A program made the translations under genes and the position numbers. From a virus (taxonomy: Duplodnaviria > Caudoviricetes), in IMG/VR virus record IMGVR_UViG_3300028833_000108, positions 35,697-99,696 of that record: 64,000 bases of DNA. One strand, given 5' to 3'. Position 1 is the stretch's first letter; each line of letters starts with the position of its first letter. Shown piece after piece: positions 8,851-18,005 of this stretch. Under the pieces are notes generated by a model. That model made no database searches. It saw only the letters and a list, made by a program, of their open reading frames with translations, and was not told where the DNA came from.

Positions 8851-10017
8851 ATGATACTTTTTGATACAAATTCTCCTGCACTTCGCTATGCCGCTTCACT
8901 CATTTCTGGTGTTGAAAATGAAGATGAACCAGTGAAGGTTGTTATTGGTGACGGCGAGGTATATTTCACCTTGAAATGTGGCCTTAAAATCAAGACGCCT
9001 GTTTGGAAAGGTGATTACGACGTTTCCGATTTTGACGACTGTTCCGAATTCTACTTCAACGCACGCTTCCTCGGCAAGGCGCTTAACACCTGCATCAACA
9101 GTGAACAGATTGCGTTCATGCGACAGGATGACAAGGTTCATATCGCTGGTTTCCTGAAGAAGCCCGATGTTCCCGCAATCAAGAATGAAACTGATGTTCC
9201 CCCAGTTGAAGGTGGCGAGACTGGTAAGGAACTTGCTGAGGTGGAAGAACAGGAACCGATTTTCTCTTACGAAGCAGAACTTGTCAATGTTGAGCCGTTT
9301 GAGGAAGCGGTGTTCGGTAATTCTGACGCTACCTTCAAGATGGAACAGAGCGACATGGTTGAACTGTTCAGCCTTAGCGACTATTTCTCCGATGTTGACA
9401 TTTGCCGCAAGTCTGGCGTTGTATCGTTCCGTGTCGGCAATGATGATATGTCAGTGGTCACCCGTTACAACATGAGTAATCTTGGCAACTCCAAGAGCGA
9501 CCCGAACTTTGCTTTCAACGTAAGCAAGTCCACTATGAAACTCCTTTCCTTCATCGGTACTGGAACCGTAACGATTGACTATGACGAAAAGAATAGTTCA
9601 ATCTCCGCAAGTGACGGTTCAATCACGGTAATCGCTCAGGTGTTCCCGAGCAAGTATGAGACATTGGTGTTCAAGGATGGCGAAACCAAGTTCATTACCC
9701 CTGGTACGGCATTTGACGAAGCCATTCCGAAACTTTGCGAGAGCTTTGGTGCTACGAACAAGGATGACGAATTCTCGTTTGAATACATCGGCCCGTGCAA
9801 TGTCGGCATCACTTGGAAGGAAAAGTACGGTGAAATCTTCAAAATGATTTCAGTTGGCGAAGCAAAGCCGTTCGAACCGTTCGCCATCAAGTGCCGCTTG
9901 CTCAACATCCTTATTGGAAGCATCCACGACAGTTCAGTGGTTTTCGCTGAAACTAAGAATGGCAAGCAGGTTGCCCTGTGTTCCAACGCAAGGTACAAAC
10001 GAAAGGTGATATTCTAG
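8851..10017 (+). CDS. Putative three-domain sliding clamp (DnaN/beta-clamp-like)
   Basis: 388 aa with three clamp-like beta-alpha units. EFYFNARFLGKALN resembles DnaN GFNARYLLDAL, and IAQVFPSKYETLV resembles the DnaN interdomain motif. Confidence 0.5.
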   Translation: MILFDTNSPALRYAASLISGVENEDEPVKVVIGDGEVYFTLKCGLKIKTPVWKGDYDVSDFDDCSEFYFNARFLGKALNTCINSEQIAFMRQDDKVHIAGFLKKPDVPAIKNETDVPPVEGGETGKELAEVEEQEPIFSYEAELVNVEPFEEAVFGNSDATFKMEQSDMVELFSLSDYFSDVDICRKSGVVSFRVGNDDMSVVTRYNMSNLGNSKSDPNFAFNVSKSTMKLLSFIGTGTVTIDYDEKNSSISASDGSITVIAQVFPSKYETLVFKDGETKFITPGTAFDEAIPKLCESFGATNKDDEFSFEYIGPCNVGITWKEKYGEIFKMISVGEAKPFEPFAIKCRLLNILIGSIHDSSVVFAETKNGKQVALCSNARYKRKVIF

Positions 10018-10023
10018 TCCACT

Positions 10024-10047
10024 GGCCAGCTAAAAGCTGGCCTTTTT
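10024..10047 (+). terminator. Rho-independent terminator
   Basis: GGCCAGC-taaaa-GCTGGCC-TTTTT. Confidence 0.75.
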
Positions 10048-10054
10048 AGTACCC

Positions 10055-10083
10055 TTGCCAAATAACCCATCTTGTACTATATT
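10055..10083 (+). promoter_or_regulatory. sigma70-type promoter
   Basis: -35 TTGCCA, 17-bp spacer, -10 TATATT. Confidence 0.55.
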
Positions 10084-10125
10084 TTATTGTTAAAGAAGTC
10101 TGTGTCCCAAATAGAGAGGTTTAAT

Positions 10126-11019
10126 ATGGGCGTCGTTCGTATGAGCCAAGAATACTTCAATGTATTGAAGACGATTAACTCGATGATGAAAATGAAGGCT
10201 GGTCTTATCTTTAAGGGAAAGGGAAGCGATGGCCAGTTTAACGGGAAATACTATTTCAACGGTATTTGCGACAGTGCGATGATACATGTTGTCGCATCTG
10301 AAAACGACGTTGCGTTCGAGGAACCCCGTCTGCAGATTTCATCTCTTCCAGACTTCATAAAGTATGCTGAGGCAACAGGCTTCCCGAAGTGTGAAATCAA
10401 GGTGGCTCGTGAAAGAACCATCCGTGGTCTTGAATACGATAATATCATCTTTACGGGAAAGGAAAAGGATGCCCGTATCGGCGTTGCTGACGACTCTGTG
10501 TATGCGGACAAGAAGTACATGAAGATTTTCAACGAGCAGTTGGCTCTGGTTGCCCGTCTTGGTTTCAACGAAGATATCCTTCATGGGATTGTAAAGGACA
10601 TTAAGCTGATTGCGAGCTGCAAGGCCCTTTCGTTTACGGTTAGCCCTGATTTTCAGTGCAAGATTCTTATTAAGGGGAGCGGCACGCAGCAAATCACAAG
10701 AAAGATTGATGAACATTGTTTCTTCGTAGAAGATGAGGCACAGTGTCTTGACGCATTCGCTAATGGAAAGCAGAGATTGTTCCCGTCTGGTTCCCTCCGT
10801 TTCATGGACACCATCGGCGGTGACGTGAATATCGAACTTCGCCGTTTCAAGAACAGTGCCAACGACCTTATGACCATGAAGGGCTACATCGTCAAGCCAG
10901 GTGCCCTTCTCGACCCGGCGAACAAGGACAAGAACGCTCCACGAAGTGAAATTAACGTCGTTGTAGCCAGCTCCGAATTCAGCGTAAAGATTGTATCTAA
11001 CGTGGACTACTTTGCATAA
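10126..11019 (+). CDS. 45: Sliding clamp (T4 gp45-like)
   Basis: N-terminus MSQEYFNVLKTINSM...GLIFKG parallels gp45 LSKDTTALLKNFATINSGIMLK, and ISSLPDFI parallels IYDLNGFL. GAGAGG RBS before ATG 10126. Confidence 0.55.
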   Translation: MGVVRMSQEYFNVLKTINSMMKMKAGLIFKGKGSDGQFNGKYYFNGICDSAMIHVVASENDVAFEEPRLQISSLPDFIKYAEATGFPKCEIKVARERTIRGLEYDNIIFTGKEKDARIGVADDSVYADKKYMKIFNEQLALVARLGFNEDILHGIVKDIKLIASCKALSFTVSPDFQCKILIKGSGTQQITRKIDEHCFFVEDEAQCLDAFANGKQRLFPSGSLRFMDTIGGDVNIELRRFKNSANDLMTMKGYIVKPGALLDPANKDKNAPRSEINVVVASSEFSVKIVSNVDYFA

Positions 11020-12134
11020 TGGCTGATTTTCGTGACATTCCTAATGCGGATATGGAAGCCGCAGTACATGAGGCGTTCGACGAGTATTCTCTTGTCGAAG
11101 TGCTGAATGGATTTAACTTTGTATGCCCGTATTGCGGACAGATGCCTAACAACTCGTTTACTAAACCCGAGCGAAAGGCGTATGTGTACAGGGACACCTG
11201 GAACTTTGTATGTTACAAGTGCAGACCTGCGCATCATGTTATGTGGGAATTTCGGGAATCATATCCTACGATATTTAACCGCCTGCTGTTCATGCTGTAT
11301 GGACAGGGTAATAAGGGCCCCCAGAAAAAGATTGAACGCCAGTATGTTGAAGGTGCATACCAGTTTAAGGATGGTGAGCTGGTTTCCCTCGAAGAAGAAA
11401 ATGACCCTGATGTTCAGATAGCCATTGATTTCTGCAAGAAACGTCAGATAAGGGAAAAGGTGTACAAGGAGTGGTTTGTATGCAAGAAGGATAAGCGCTT
11501 CTTGGATAAGAACCCTGATGGAACCTTGAAGTTGAATGAGTATGGTCTTCCTACTGGAAACGAGTACGGAAATCGTCTGATTATACCATACTACCGTTTT
11601 GGTGGCTCATGGGTTCAGTTCGATGCCCGAGACTTGACAAATAAATCGAAGATGCGCTATCGAAACTATGCTGGCGCTAAGCGTGAGCTGTACAATGGTG
11701 ATTTTATCCATTTCAACAAGCCGTTTTTTATGCTTGAAGGTGCAATCGACTCGACCTTTATCAAGAACTCCGTTGCTGTCGGTGGATTGAAACACTTCAA
11801 GAGCTTTGTCGAGGCAGACCCTAATTTCAAGGAATACAAGGAAAACGGTGTCATCATATTCGATGCTGACGAAGCTGGTATTGACGACCTTCGTACAGTG
11901 ATGAATATGGGTTTCAAATGGTTCGACTGGTCGAAATTCCGCAATGACAATCCGCAGTCCCCTGATTTTGGCGGCAAGGTAAAAGACATCAACGAAGCCG
12001 TGCTAAATTGCTCCGAATTCAAGATGACGCCAGATGGCTATGTAGACCCTGAATTTATCATGGCCCACACATACAGTGCCGAAGCTGGAATCATGTTGTT
12101 GAATATGAAGTATGGTGCGCCTAGGAAGCGTTAA
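11019..12134 (+). CDS. 61: DNA primase (T4 gp61-like)
   Basis: Zn finger CPYCG...CYKC, RLIIPY, TOPRIM motifs LEGAIDS and FDADEAG, KDINE. Confidence 0.9.
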   Translation: MADFRDIPNADMEAAVHEAFDEYSLVEVLNGFNFVCPYCGQMPNNSFTKPERKAYVYRDTWNFVCYKCRPAHHVMWEFRESYPTIFNRLLFMLYGQGNKGPQKKIERQYVEGAYQFKDGELVSLEEENDPDVQIAIDFCKKRQIREKVYKEWFVCKKDKRFLDKNPDGTLKLNEYGLPTGNEYGNRLIIPYYRFGGSWVQFDARDLTNKSKMRYRNYAGAKRELYNGDFIHFNKPFFMLEGAIDSTFIKNSVAVGGLKHFKSFVEADPNFKEYKENGVIIFDADEAGIDDLRTVMNMGFKWFDWSKFRNDNPQSPDFGGKVKDINEAVLNCSEFKMTPDGYVDPEFIMAHTYSAEAGIMLLNMKYGAPRKR

Positions 12135-14448
12135 GCTTGTCGTTGTGGTCTTTGGCGTATGCGTTATCCCAGTTACTGTCATCAGTAAGATTCGTATTGT
12201 CAAGACCTACCTCGATTGTCGGAAGTAGTTGCGACAGGTCGAGGTTTTCTGTATCGAACATAGAAAGTGTCGGGTCTTTCTGACTGATTTCCAAGTGTAT
12301 GCACGGGTCCACTTCCTTCGGTCCAAAACCCTTAGGAGCATAGAAATCCATCAACAGGGTTTGATATGAGTTGTCCTGTTTTCCGTTTGGCGTGTTCTTG
12401 TAAGGTTCCGATGACATATAGCAGATAGATGCGAATTTCTTCAACTGTGCTTCCGTAACCTTCGGGAACTTTGCATAACATACGCTCGTAGCAATATCGA
12501 CACACTGGGAAACCTCAGGGTCTTTCGTATGGTTAGATACAGGAGTGTCATAGCCGAATGACTTGCACTTTGCAATCATTGCATTCAATGCGGCCTTGGC
12601 ACCTGCTGAATTAGGAGGGAAAGGTTCCTTTGCATATTTCTGTACATAGACTGGTTTACCGAAGCGGTCGGTAACAATAGAGCCATCCTTTGAAATCCTC
12701 GGTTCGAGACCGTCATCACCCTTTCCATAGAACTTGTACCAAATGCGTGCATACTCATCGTTTACTGCACGTCCACGTGAACCGTATGCGACAGTAGGCT
12801 GACCAGTCTTCTGCAATGAATTGAACATGATGGTCGCCTGTTTTTCAGGGCTTCTGTAAAGCGATGTGACCATCAGGTATTTCACCCCGGCCAGACGAGC
12901 AAGGTAAGTAATCACGTTCTTCGTCCTTGTTGACATTTCGCCTTCGCTAGCCTTATTGTCGATTGTTACATCGGTTGCTGGCGGCAATTTAGAGGCGACG
13001 TTTTCGTGTACAAGAACTCTGGCTGCAAAAAGGCCTTTCAGGTTTCTTGAAATCATATTGATACGCTTGCAGCGGCTATCTATACGGGCAAGGTCTGTTC
13101 CGTACTCTGGTGGACGGAAACCTACGTACTTGTAAATAAGGTTTGCCTCGTCGCAACGACGTTTTCTCATGTCCATATCCAGTTCCTCTGGGTTTGTACC
13201 ATAGGTTAGACGGGAAAGGATATCGGCTATGTAGGTGAAGTATTTGTTGGCAAGTTTTTCATCACGAGGAACACCCTCGACTGTAATGGACCTGGTGCTG
13301 TTCTTGTCTACGGTAACGACCTGTCCATTCATGATGTACTTGTCGCCTTTAAGAGGAACCATTGACAAGGGCTTTGCATAACCGAGATGGTAATACATTC
13401 CAGTACGAAGACAGTAACTCAGGAATGCTGATGTTGCGTAATTGCCGCTTACATCACAAGCGAACCCTGCTGTCTTCAAATAGCTCACCAAAGCAGTCTT
13501 GACCGCTTCTGGACAGGAGTTATGGCTGAGCATACCCCAGTGGTAGTATGGCCAGTTCTGTGTGTAAACAATCGGGCCCCATACGGACATCTGCACATAG
13601 CGGTAGAAAGAGAACCTAATCTGCGTTTCCGTCAGGCTAAGTCCCTTAACATCGTCATCAAGCTGGTCATAACTCTTTCCGAGCACGACAGCGTTCGATG
13701 CTTTCATGATAAGCTCGAATTGTTCTTCTTGAATACCACCCTTGACATCACCTTGCGGCTCACCGTTTTCGTCAACGGTCACCACGGCAAATATCTTCTT
13801 GAGAACCATCTCCCTCGTGCTGCCACCGATGTCCAGCGGAATACCTGCACCGATGTACACTGTACCTTCCGATTCGTAGAAGGTTGGACTCTTCTTAATC
13901 TCATGGTCGTATAGGAATGACCAGTCTGGCATGAAGTGACCTTTTGGGAAGCACGAACCCATGCTGATGGGAAGTCCACCCAATCCAATCAGGAGAGGCG
14001 GGAGAATGTCGATATCGTACGGGTTAAGACCCATAGCGGCTGCGTTAGCCGTATACATGCTTTCGGCAGAGGCGCCAACAGGGGCGAATACGCCGCTAGC
14101 AGAAATACCAGCCTGCAACGCATCTGTCTTCGACTTGGTACATGTGAGGAAGCCGTCAAGCTTGTTGATGATTTCTTCAAGCTTGGTCGTCATAACGCCG
14201 TAGGTCTCGTTTCCGAGGAAATCCTGTATCATGTCGGATATTGCGGAAGCGAGGGCGCTCATGCGGCGTTTGTTGTAGTCGGGAACGGAGTCTCGTTGCC
14301 ACGGGGTCAGACCGTTGCTTTCGTCGTCGATGTCATAAAAGCCATGCTTGTTCAGAATTGAGTAGAATGCACCTTCTCTAGCGGTGGTTTGTGCAGCAGC
14401 ATCGTCGATTGCCGTCTTTAGTTCCCCTGTGTAGTGACCTGAAATCAT
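12121..14448 (-). CDS. Dual peptidoglycan hydrolase: pesticin/T4-lysozyme-like domain plus peptidase M15-like domain
   Basis: GTVYIGAGIPLDIG ... VKTALVS ... RKRRCDEANLI is lysozyme/pesticin-like. VTSLYRSPEKQ, SNH, CVDI and IHLEI match the M15 Zn motif pattern. Confidence 0.6.
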   Translation of the reverse strand: MISGHYTGELKTAIDDAAAQTTAREGAFYSILNKHGFYDIDDESNGLTPWQRDSVPDYNKRRMSALASAISDMIQDFLGNETYGVMTTKLEEIINKLDGFLTCTKSKTDALQAGISASGVFAPVGASAESMYTANAAAMGLNPYDIDILPPLLIGLGGLPISMGSCFPKGHFMPDWSFLYDHEIKKSPTFYESEGTVYIGAGIPLDIGGSTREMVLKKIFAVVTVDENGEPQGDVKGGIQEEQFELIMKASNAVVLGKSYDQLDDDVKGLSLTETQIRFSFYRYVQMSVWGPIVYTQNWPYYHWGMLSHNSCPEAVKTALVSYLKTAGFACDVSGNYATSAFLSYCLRTGMYYHLGYAKPLSMVPLKGDKYIMNGQVVTVDKNSTRSITVEGVPRDEKLANKYFTYIADILSRLTYGTNPEELDMDMRKRRCDEANLIYKYVGFRPPEYGTDLARIDSRCKRINMISRNLKGLFAARVLVHENVASKLPPATDVTIDNKASEGEMSTRTKNVITYLARLAGVKYLMVTSLYRSPEKQATIMFNSLQKTGQPTVAYGSRGRAVNDEYARIWYKFYGKGDDGLEPRISKDGSIVTDRFGKPVYVQKYAKEPFPPNSAGAKAALNAMIAKCKSFGYDTPVSNHTKDPEVSQCVDIATSVCYAKFPKVTEAQLKKFASICYMSSEPYKNTPNGKQDNSYQTLLMDFYAPKGFGPKEVDPCIHLEISQKDPTLSMFDTENLDLSQLLPTIEVGLDNTNLTDDSNWDNAYAKDHNDKLNAS

Positions 14449-15158
14449 TTCTTTCTTCCTCTGAGGTGGATGATTACGCTACCGTTTTCACCGTTGTTCT
14501 TACCACTGTGCCCCTTTCCTACGAAAGTGTAATCCATTTGCTTGCCGTCGTGCATGAATGTCAGCTTGACATCCTTTTCGATGAAACCTGACCCGTTGCA
14601 CACATTGCATTTTTCCTGTGGTTCAAGCCCACGACCGTTGCAGACTTTGCAGGCCAGGATTACATCATGCAGTCCGTCTTCTTTGCGTTGGACCGTACGA
14701 ACCTTGCCGATACCGTTACAGTGAGTGCATTTCCTGAAACGGCTTGCTCCTGTTCCAGAACAGTTGTAGCATAGGCACTTGCGGGTATAACCGATGGTGA
14801 TTTCACCTGGCTGGAACAACCGTTCGTTGCTAAGCCTGATTGTGCGGGTTACATTTCTTCCCCGTTTCTGGTATTTCTTGTCTACGGGCTTCTTGTGGAA
14901 GTTCTTGCAGATGTTGCATTCTCCGAACAGTTTTGACCATAGTGTGAAATCTGAGTTGTTTTGATGTTCACGGTCGTATTTCTTGCGGAGTTCTTCTGTT
15001 TTTATCAGACTGTATGCTTCGGTGAGTTCAGCCATCTTGTCGGAGGTGTCCGTTCCAGAATGGTCTGGATGGTACAGTTTCGCCAATTGGCGATACGCTG
15101 CTTTCACCTGTTCGTCAGTGCAATCTGGCTCTATGTTTAGTACGGTATACGGGTTCAT
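14445..15158 (-). CDS. dnaJ: DnaJ-type co-chaperone (J domain plus four CxxCxGxG repeats)
   Basis: NPYTVL...AYRQLAKLYHPD. Zinc-finger repeats CYNCSGTG, CTHCNGIG, CKVCNGRG, CNVCNGSG. Short C-terminus. Confidence 0.92.
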   Translation of the reverse strand: MNPYTVLNIEPDCTDEQVKAAYRQLAKLYHPDHSGTDTSDKMAELTEAYSLIKTEELRKKYDREHQNNSDFTLWSKLFGECNICKNFHKKPVDKKYQKRGRNVTRTIRLSNERLFQPGEITIGYTRKCLCYNCSGTGASRFRKCTHCNGIGKVRTVQRKEDGLHDVILACKVCNGRGLEPQEKCNVCNGSGFIEKDVKLTFMHDGKQMDYTFVGKGHSGKNNGENGSVIIHLRGRKK

Positions 15159-15180
15159 TTTGTGCCTCTTTTTCAATCAA

Positions 15181-15189
15181 TAGTTTATA
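15181..15189 (-). promoter_or_regulatory. Late-promoter motif TATAAACTA (drives dnaJ-lysin)
   Basis: TAGTTTATA on the + strand. Confidence 0.75.
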
Positions 15190-15217
15190 TTGCGTGCAGA
15201 AAAGCATGTCGCTACAT

Positions 15218-15226
15218 TATAAACTA
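15218..15226 (+). promoter_or_regulatory. Late-promoter motif TATAAACTA
   Basis: Exact motif upstream of ORF 15251. Confidence 0.75.
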
Positions 15227-15250
15227 TGTTAGAATAATGCTGGATTGACT

Positions 15251-15742
15251 ATGAATACAAGAATGATTGCAGAAGCGACTAACAAACGCAGGAAATCTAA
15301 GCGTAACAGTGGCGGAACCCCGAAGTTTGTTCCGAACATTGGGTTTGGCAAGCGTAACTTTGCGGGGGCTTGGACATCTGGACGAGCATACGGACCAATC
15401 TTTCCTATGGGTATGGGCTGGGGCGAGATGTCAAGCGTTCCTGGTGGTGCTTGTGGAGACGGTACGATTGCTGCTGATGCATCTGGTGCAGGTGCAGCAA
15501 TGGAAGCTGTCGAGGACATCAAGAACGACGACGAAGACTTGATGATTAGCGACAAGGATAAGCTCATCTATGCCCTCCGTGGTATTATCGAGAATGCCAA
15601 GGTTGCATACGAGGCCGTTACGGGTGTTCCGTACGACGAAGATGACGATGTTCCTGACCCAAAGGATGAAGACCCGGCCAACCAAGACGAATTTGAGGAT
15701 GACGACGAAGGTTCTGACGAAGACGGTAGCGACGACAACTAA
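15251..15742 (+). CDS. Hypothetical late protein with basic N-terminus and acidic C-terminus
   Basis: ORF directly after a late motif. D/E-rich tail. Confidence 0.6.
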   Translation: MNTRMIAEATNKRRKSKRNSGGTPKFVPNIGFGKRNFAGAWTSGRAYGPIFPMGMGWGEMSSVPGGACGDGTIAADASGAGAAMEAVEDIKNDDEDLMISDKDKLIYALRGIIENAKVAYEAVTGVPYDEDDDVPDPKDEDPANQDEFEDDDEGSDEDGSDDN

Positions 15743-15753
15743 GCGGTACGGTT

Positions 15754-18003
15754 ATGGATAGTAATAACGTCCTACAGAATGAAGTGTCCGACGTTTACCA
15801 GAAGACGCTGATGAGTATACCACAAGGGATTACATCTTTTAGGGATGTGGTCACTAATAAGGATTTTATAAATAGTTTCATCATGTTCTTCGATGGAAGT
15901 AGGTTGGATAATGTTCGTATGGACGTTGACGACGACCGATGCCGCCAGAAAGTAATTGCACTTTTTAGTGAAATCCAGCGTGACCTGCATAACGCACGTA
16001 ATAGCGATGTAGAGCTGGAAGGGTTGTCTAGTGACCTCAATATCCTCCGTATGTACATAGACGGTCGAAAGGATTATGACGATACAGTAAAAAATGCGTT
16101 GTACAGTGCACAGAACATGTCCATGGATGACCCTGAGGCTGCGGCTCTCTTTAAACAGGCTGACGAGAAGCGTAAGGCGATTCGTGCGTACATGAAAGGC
16201 ACTGGTGGAACATACGATTATACTCGTGAAGGAATACGGAATTATTTCTTAAACAAGGGTGTTATTGAGGAAGTCACGGACAAACATGGGCGTGAAACTG
16301 ATAATATAGTCAAGCAGGCAATGTTAGAACGCCCGTCTGAAGTCGAAGAATTAGTAAATGCGTTAACACGTCTTGTTGAAAGTGCTTATAAGGCTACGGA
16401 CAAAGATGTTTGCCTATGGGTTGCTGACGTTTCTATGTCTGGATTGCGATTTGGTCGAGAGTATCTTGCCGAGCAGTTGGAAACTACGCCTGAGCAAGTC
16501 AATGAAATGTTGGTCTCATTTTCTGGTTCGGAACATCAGGATGATGACCCCAATTACCCGATTATCAGTGCAACAGCGGCGTGCCGAAGATTGGCTGTGC
16601 TTACGAAAGGTAAGGTGACTTATCTTAATAAAAACGCAGAAGAGGAGAAAGAGTCGGGAGTAATGGTGTTGTCTGACCCGTACATGAAGTTGATTTTCGA
16701 CATGATTCAAAGCGGTAAGGTATCCAAAGAGCCTAACGGACCGATAAATATAGTTGATGCAACAAAGATAGTTCCAAATGACATCACGTCTCTTTGTAGG
16801 AAGGTCACCACGTCATTGTTTAACCTTGGTCCTATTGACGACGGTAAGGAACATACGGCAGTGCAGTTCAAACCCAACTTTTCTGTAAGTATCGATAAGT
16901 TGAAAACGTATATCGATTTCCTTACCAGCAATGAGTTGAAACCAGTTGTAGACGCTACCATACAGAAGGAGTGCATGAAGCTGGCAGAGGCATATATATT
17001 GACAAAGGCCGTGTATAACACATTCAATGGTGGCATCATGTCGTATTCTGATAGCGATACAACCTATGACGAAAAGAACCTTCCGTCGATAAATACTTTC
17101 TGTAAGGAAATCGGTAAAATTTGTGGTGAATACTCCAAGTTGGGTATTGAGCCAACCGATATTTTTGATGCCAAGATAATGTTCAGGTCTGATATTCCTT
17201 ATTTCCCGATTGAGGAAATCATTAGTCAAAATGTAAACCTGTATGACAGAATGCGTCAGTACAGTACGGGTGCTAATGATGCGGCTGTAGCAAAGGCAAA
17301 GAAACGTGTTGTTGAGAAGAATTTGCCAGTGCAAGATGTATCAGAAGAATTCTCATCTAAATTCAACCAAATGATGAAGGGAGCCGCCTCTCTTGACGAA
17401 TACTGCGAGAATTTGAAGATATCTACGATGATAACATCTAGGCAGTTTGGTGTTGCCTTTAATATGGCGTGTATCGGCATAACATATGCTGATAATGCAG
17501 AGGTAAATGATAAGGATACTGAGTCCCACTTGTGGTCTGTATTGAAAAAGTTGGCAAATAATACTCCATCTGAGTTGGGTGAAGATGTGAAGAAGGAATT
17601 CATGAATGTCGCATATACACAAGAGAACCTGATGTACAGGTTGAACCTTGCTGTTAATGCTGGCGTGGTTACCTCCAAGAAGGGATATCACTTTTCTGGC
17701 AATTTGGGAACCATAGAAAATGGTGTTAACAAGCAGGCTGGACTTATCAACAGTGTTATGAAAATCTTCTTGGCGTACACAAGAGGACTGCGCTACAAGA
17801 AGGCTACCGTAGCTTTGCAGAAAAAAGGATTTACAGTGCCAATGTCTACCGATGTTGTCAAGCCCTATGTGGCGCTCGTGTATAACATAGCGAAAGAATA
17901 TGAGGATGCCTTCGCCAGAAATAACGGAGAAGCATTGGGCTGCTCAGTGGAATGGTCACACAAAATAATTGAAGAATTCGAGAATTTATACAAGAGGGGT
18001 TAA
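15754..18003 (+). CDS. Hypothetical 749-aa helical protein (probable virion/internal protein)
   Basis: Long ORF in a late operon with no recognised motif. Confidence 0.6.
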   Translation: MDSNNVLQNEVSDVYQKTLMSIPQGITSFRDVVTNKDFINSFIMFFDGSRLDNVRMDVDDDRCRQKVIALFSEIQRDLHNARNSDVELEGLSSDLNILRMYIDGRKDYDDTVKNALYSAQNMSMDDPEAAALFKQADEKRKAIRAYMKGTGGTYDYTREGIRNYFLNKGVIEEVTDKHGRETDNIVKQAMLERPSEVEELVNALTRLVESAYKATDKDVCLWVADVSMSGLRFGREYLAEQLETTPEQVNEMLVSFSGSEHQDDDPNYPIISATAACRRLAVLTKGKVTYLNKNAEEEKESGVMVLSDPYMKLIFDMIQSGKVSKEPNGPINIVDATKIVPNDITSLCRKVTTSLFNLGPIDDGKEHTAVQFKPNFSVSIDKLKTYIDFLTSNELKPVVDATIQKECMKLAEAYILTKAVYNTFNGGIMSYSDSDTTYDEKNLPSINTFCKEIGKICGEYSKLGIEPTDIFDAKIMFRSDIPYFPIEEIISQNVNLYDRMRQYSTGANDAAVAKAKKRVVEKNLPVQDVSEEFSSKFNQMMKGAASLDEYCENLKISTMITSRQFGVAFNMACIGITYADNAEVNDKDTESHLWSVLKKLANNTPSELGEDVKKEFMNVAYTQENLMYRLNLAVNAGVVTSKKGYHFSGNLGTIENGVNKQAGLINSVMKIFLAYTRGLRYKKATVALQKKGFTVPMSTDVVKPYVALVYNIAKEYEDAFARNNGEALGCSVEWSHKIIEEFENLYKRG

Positions 18004-18005
18004 AG

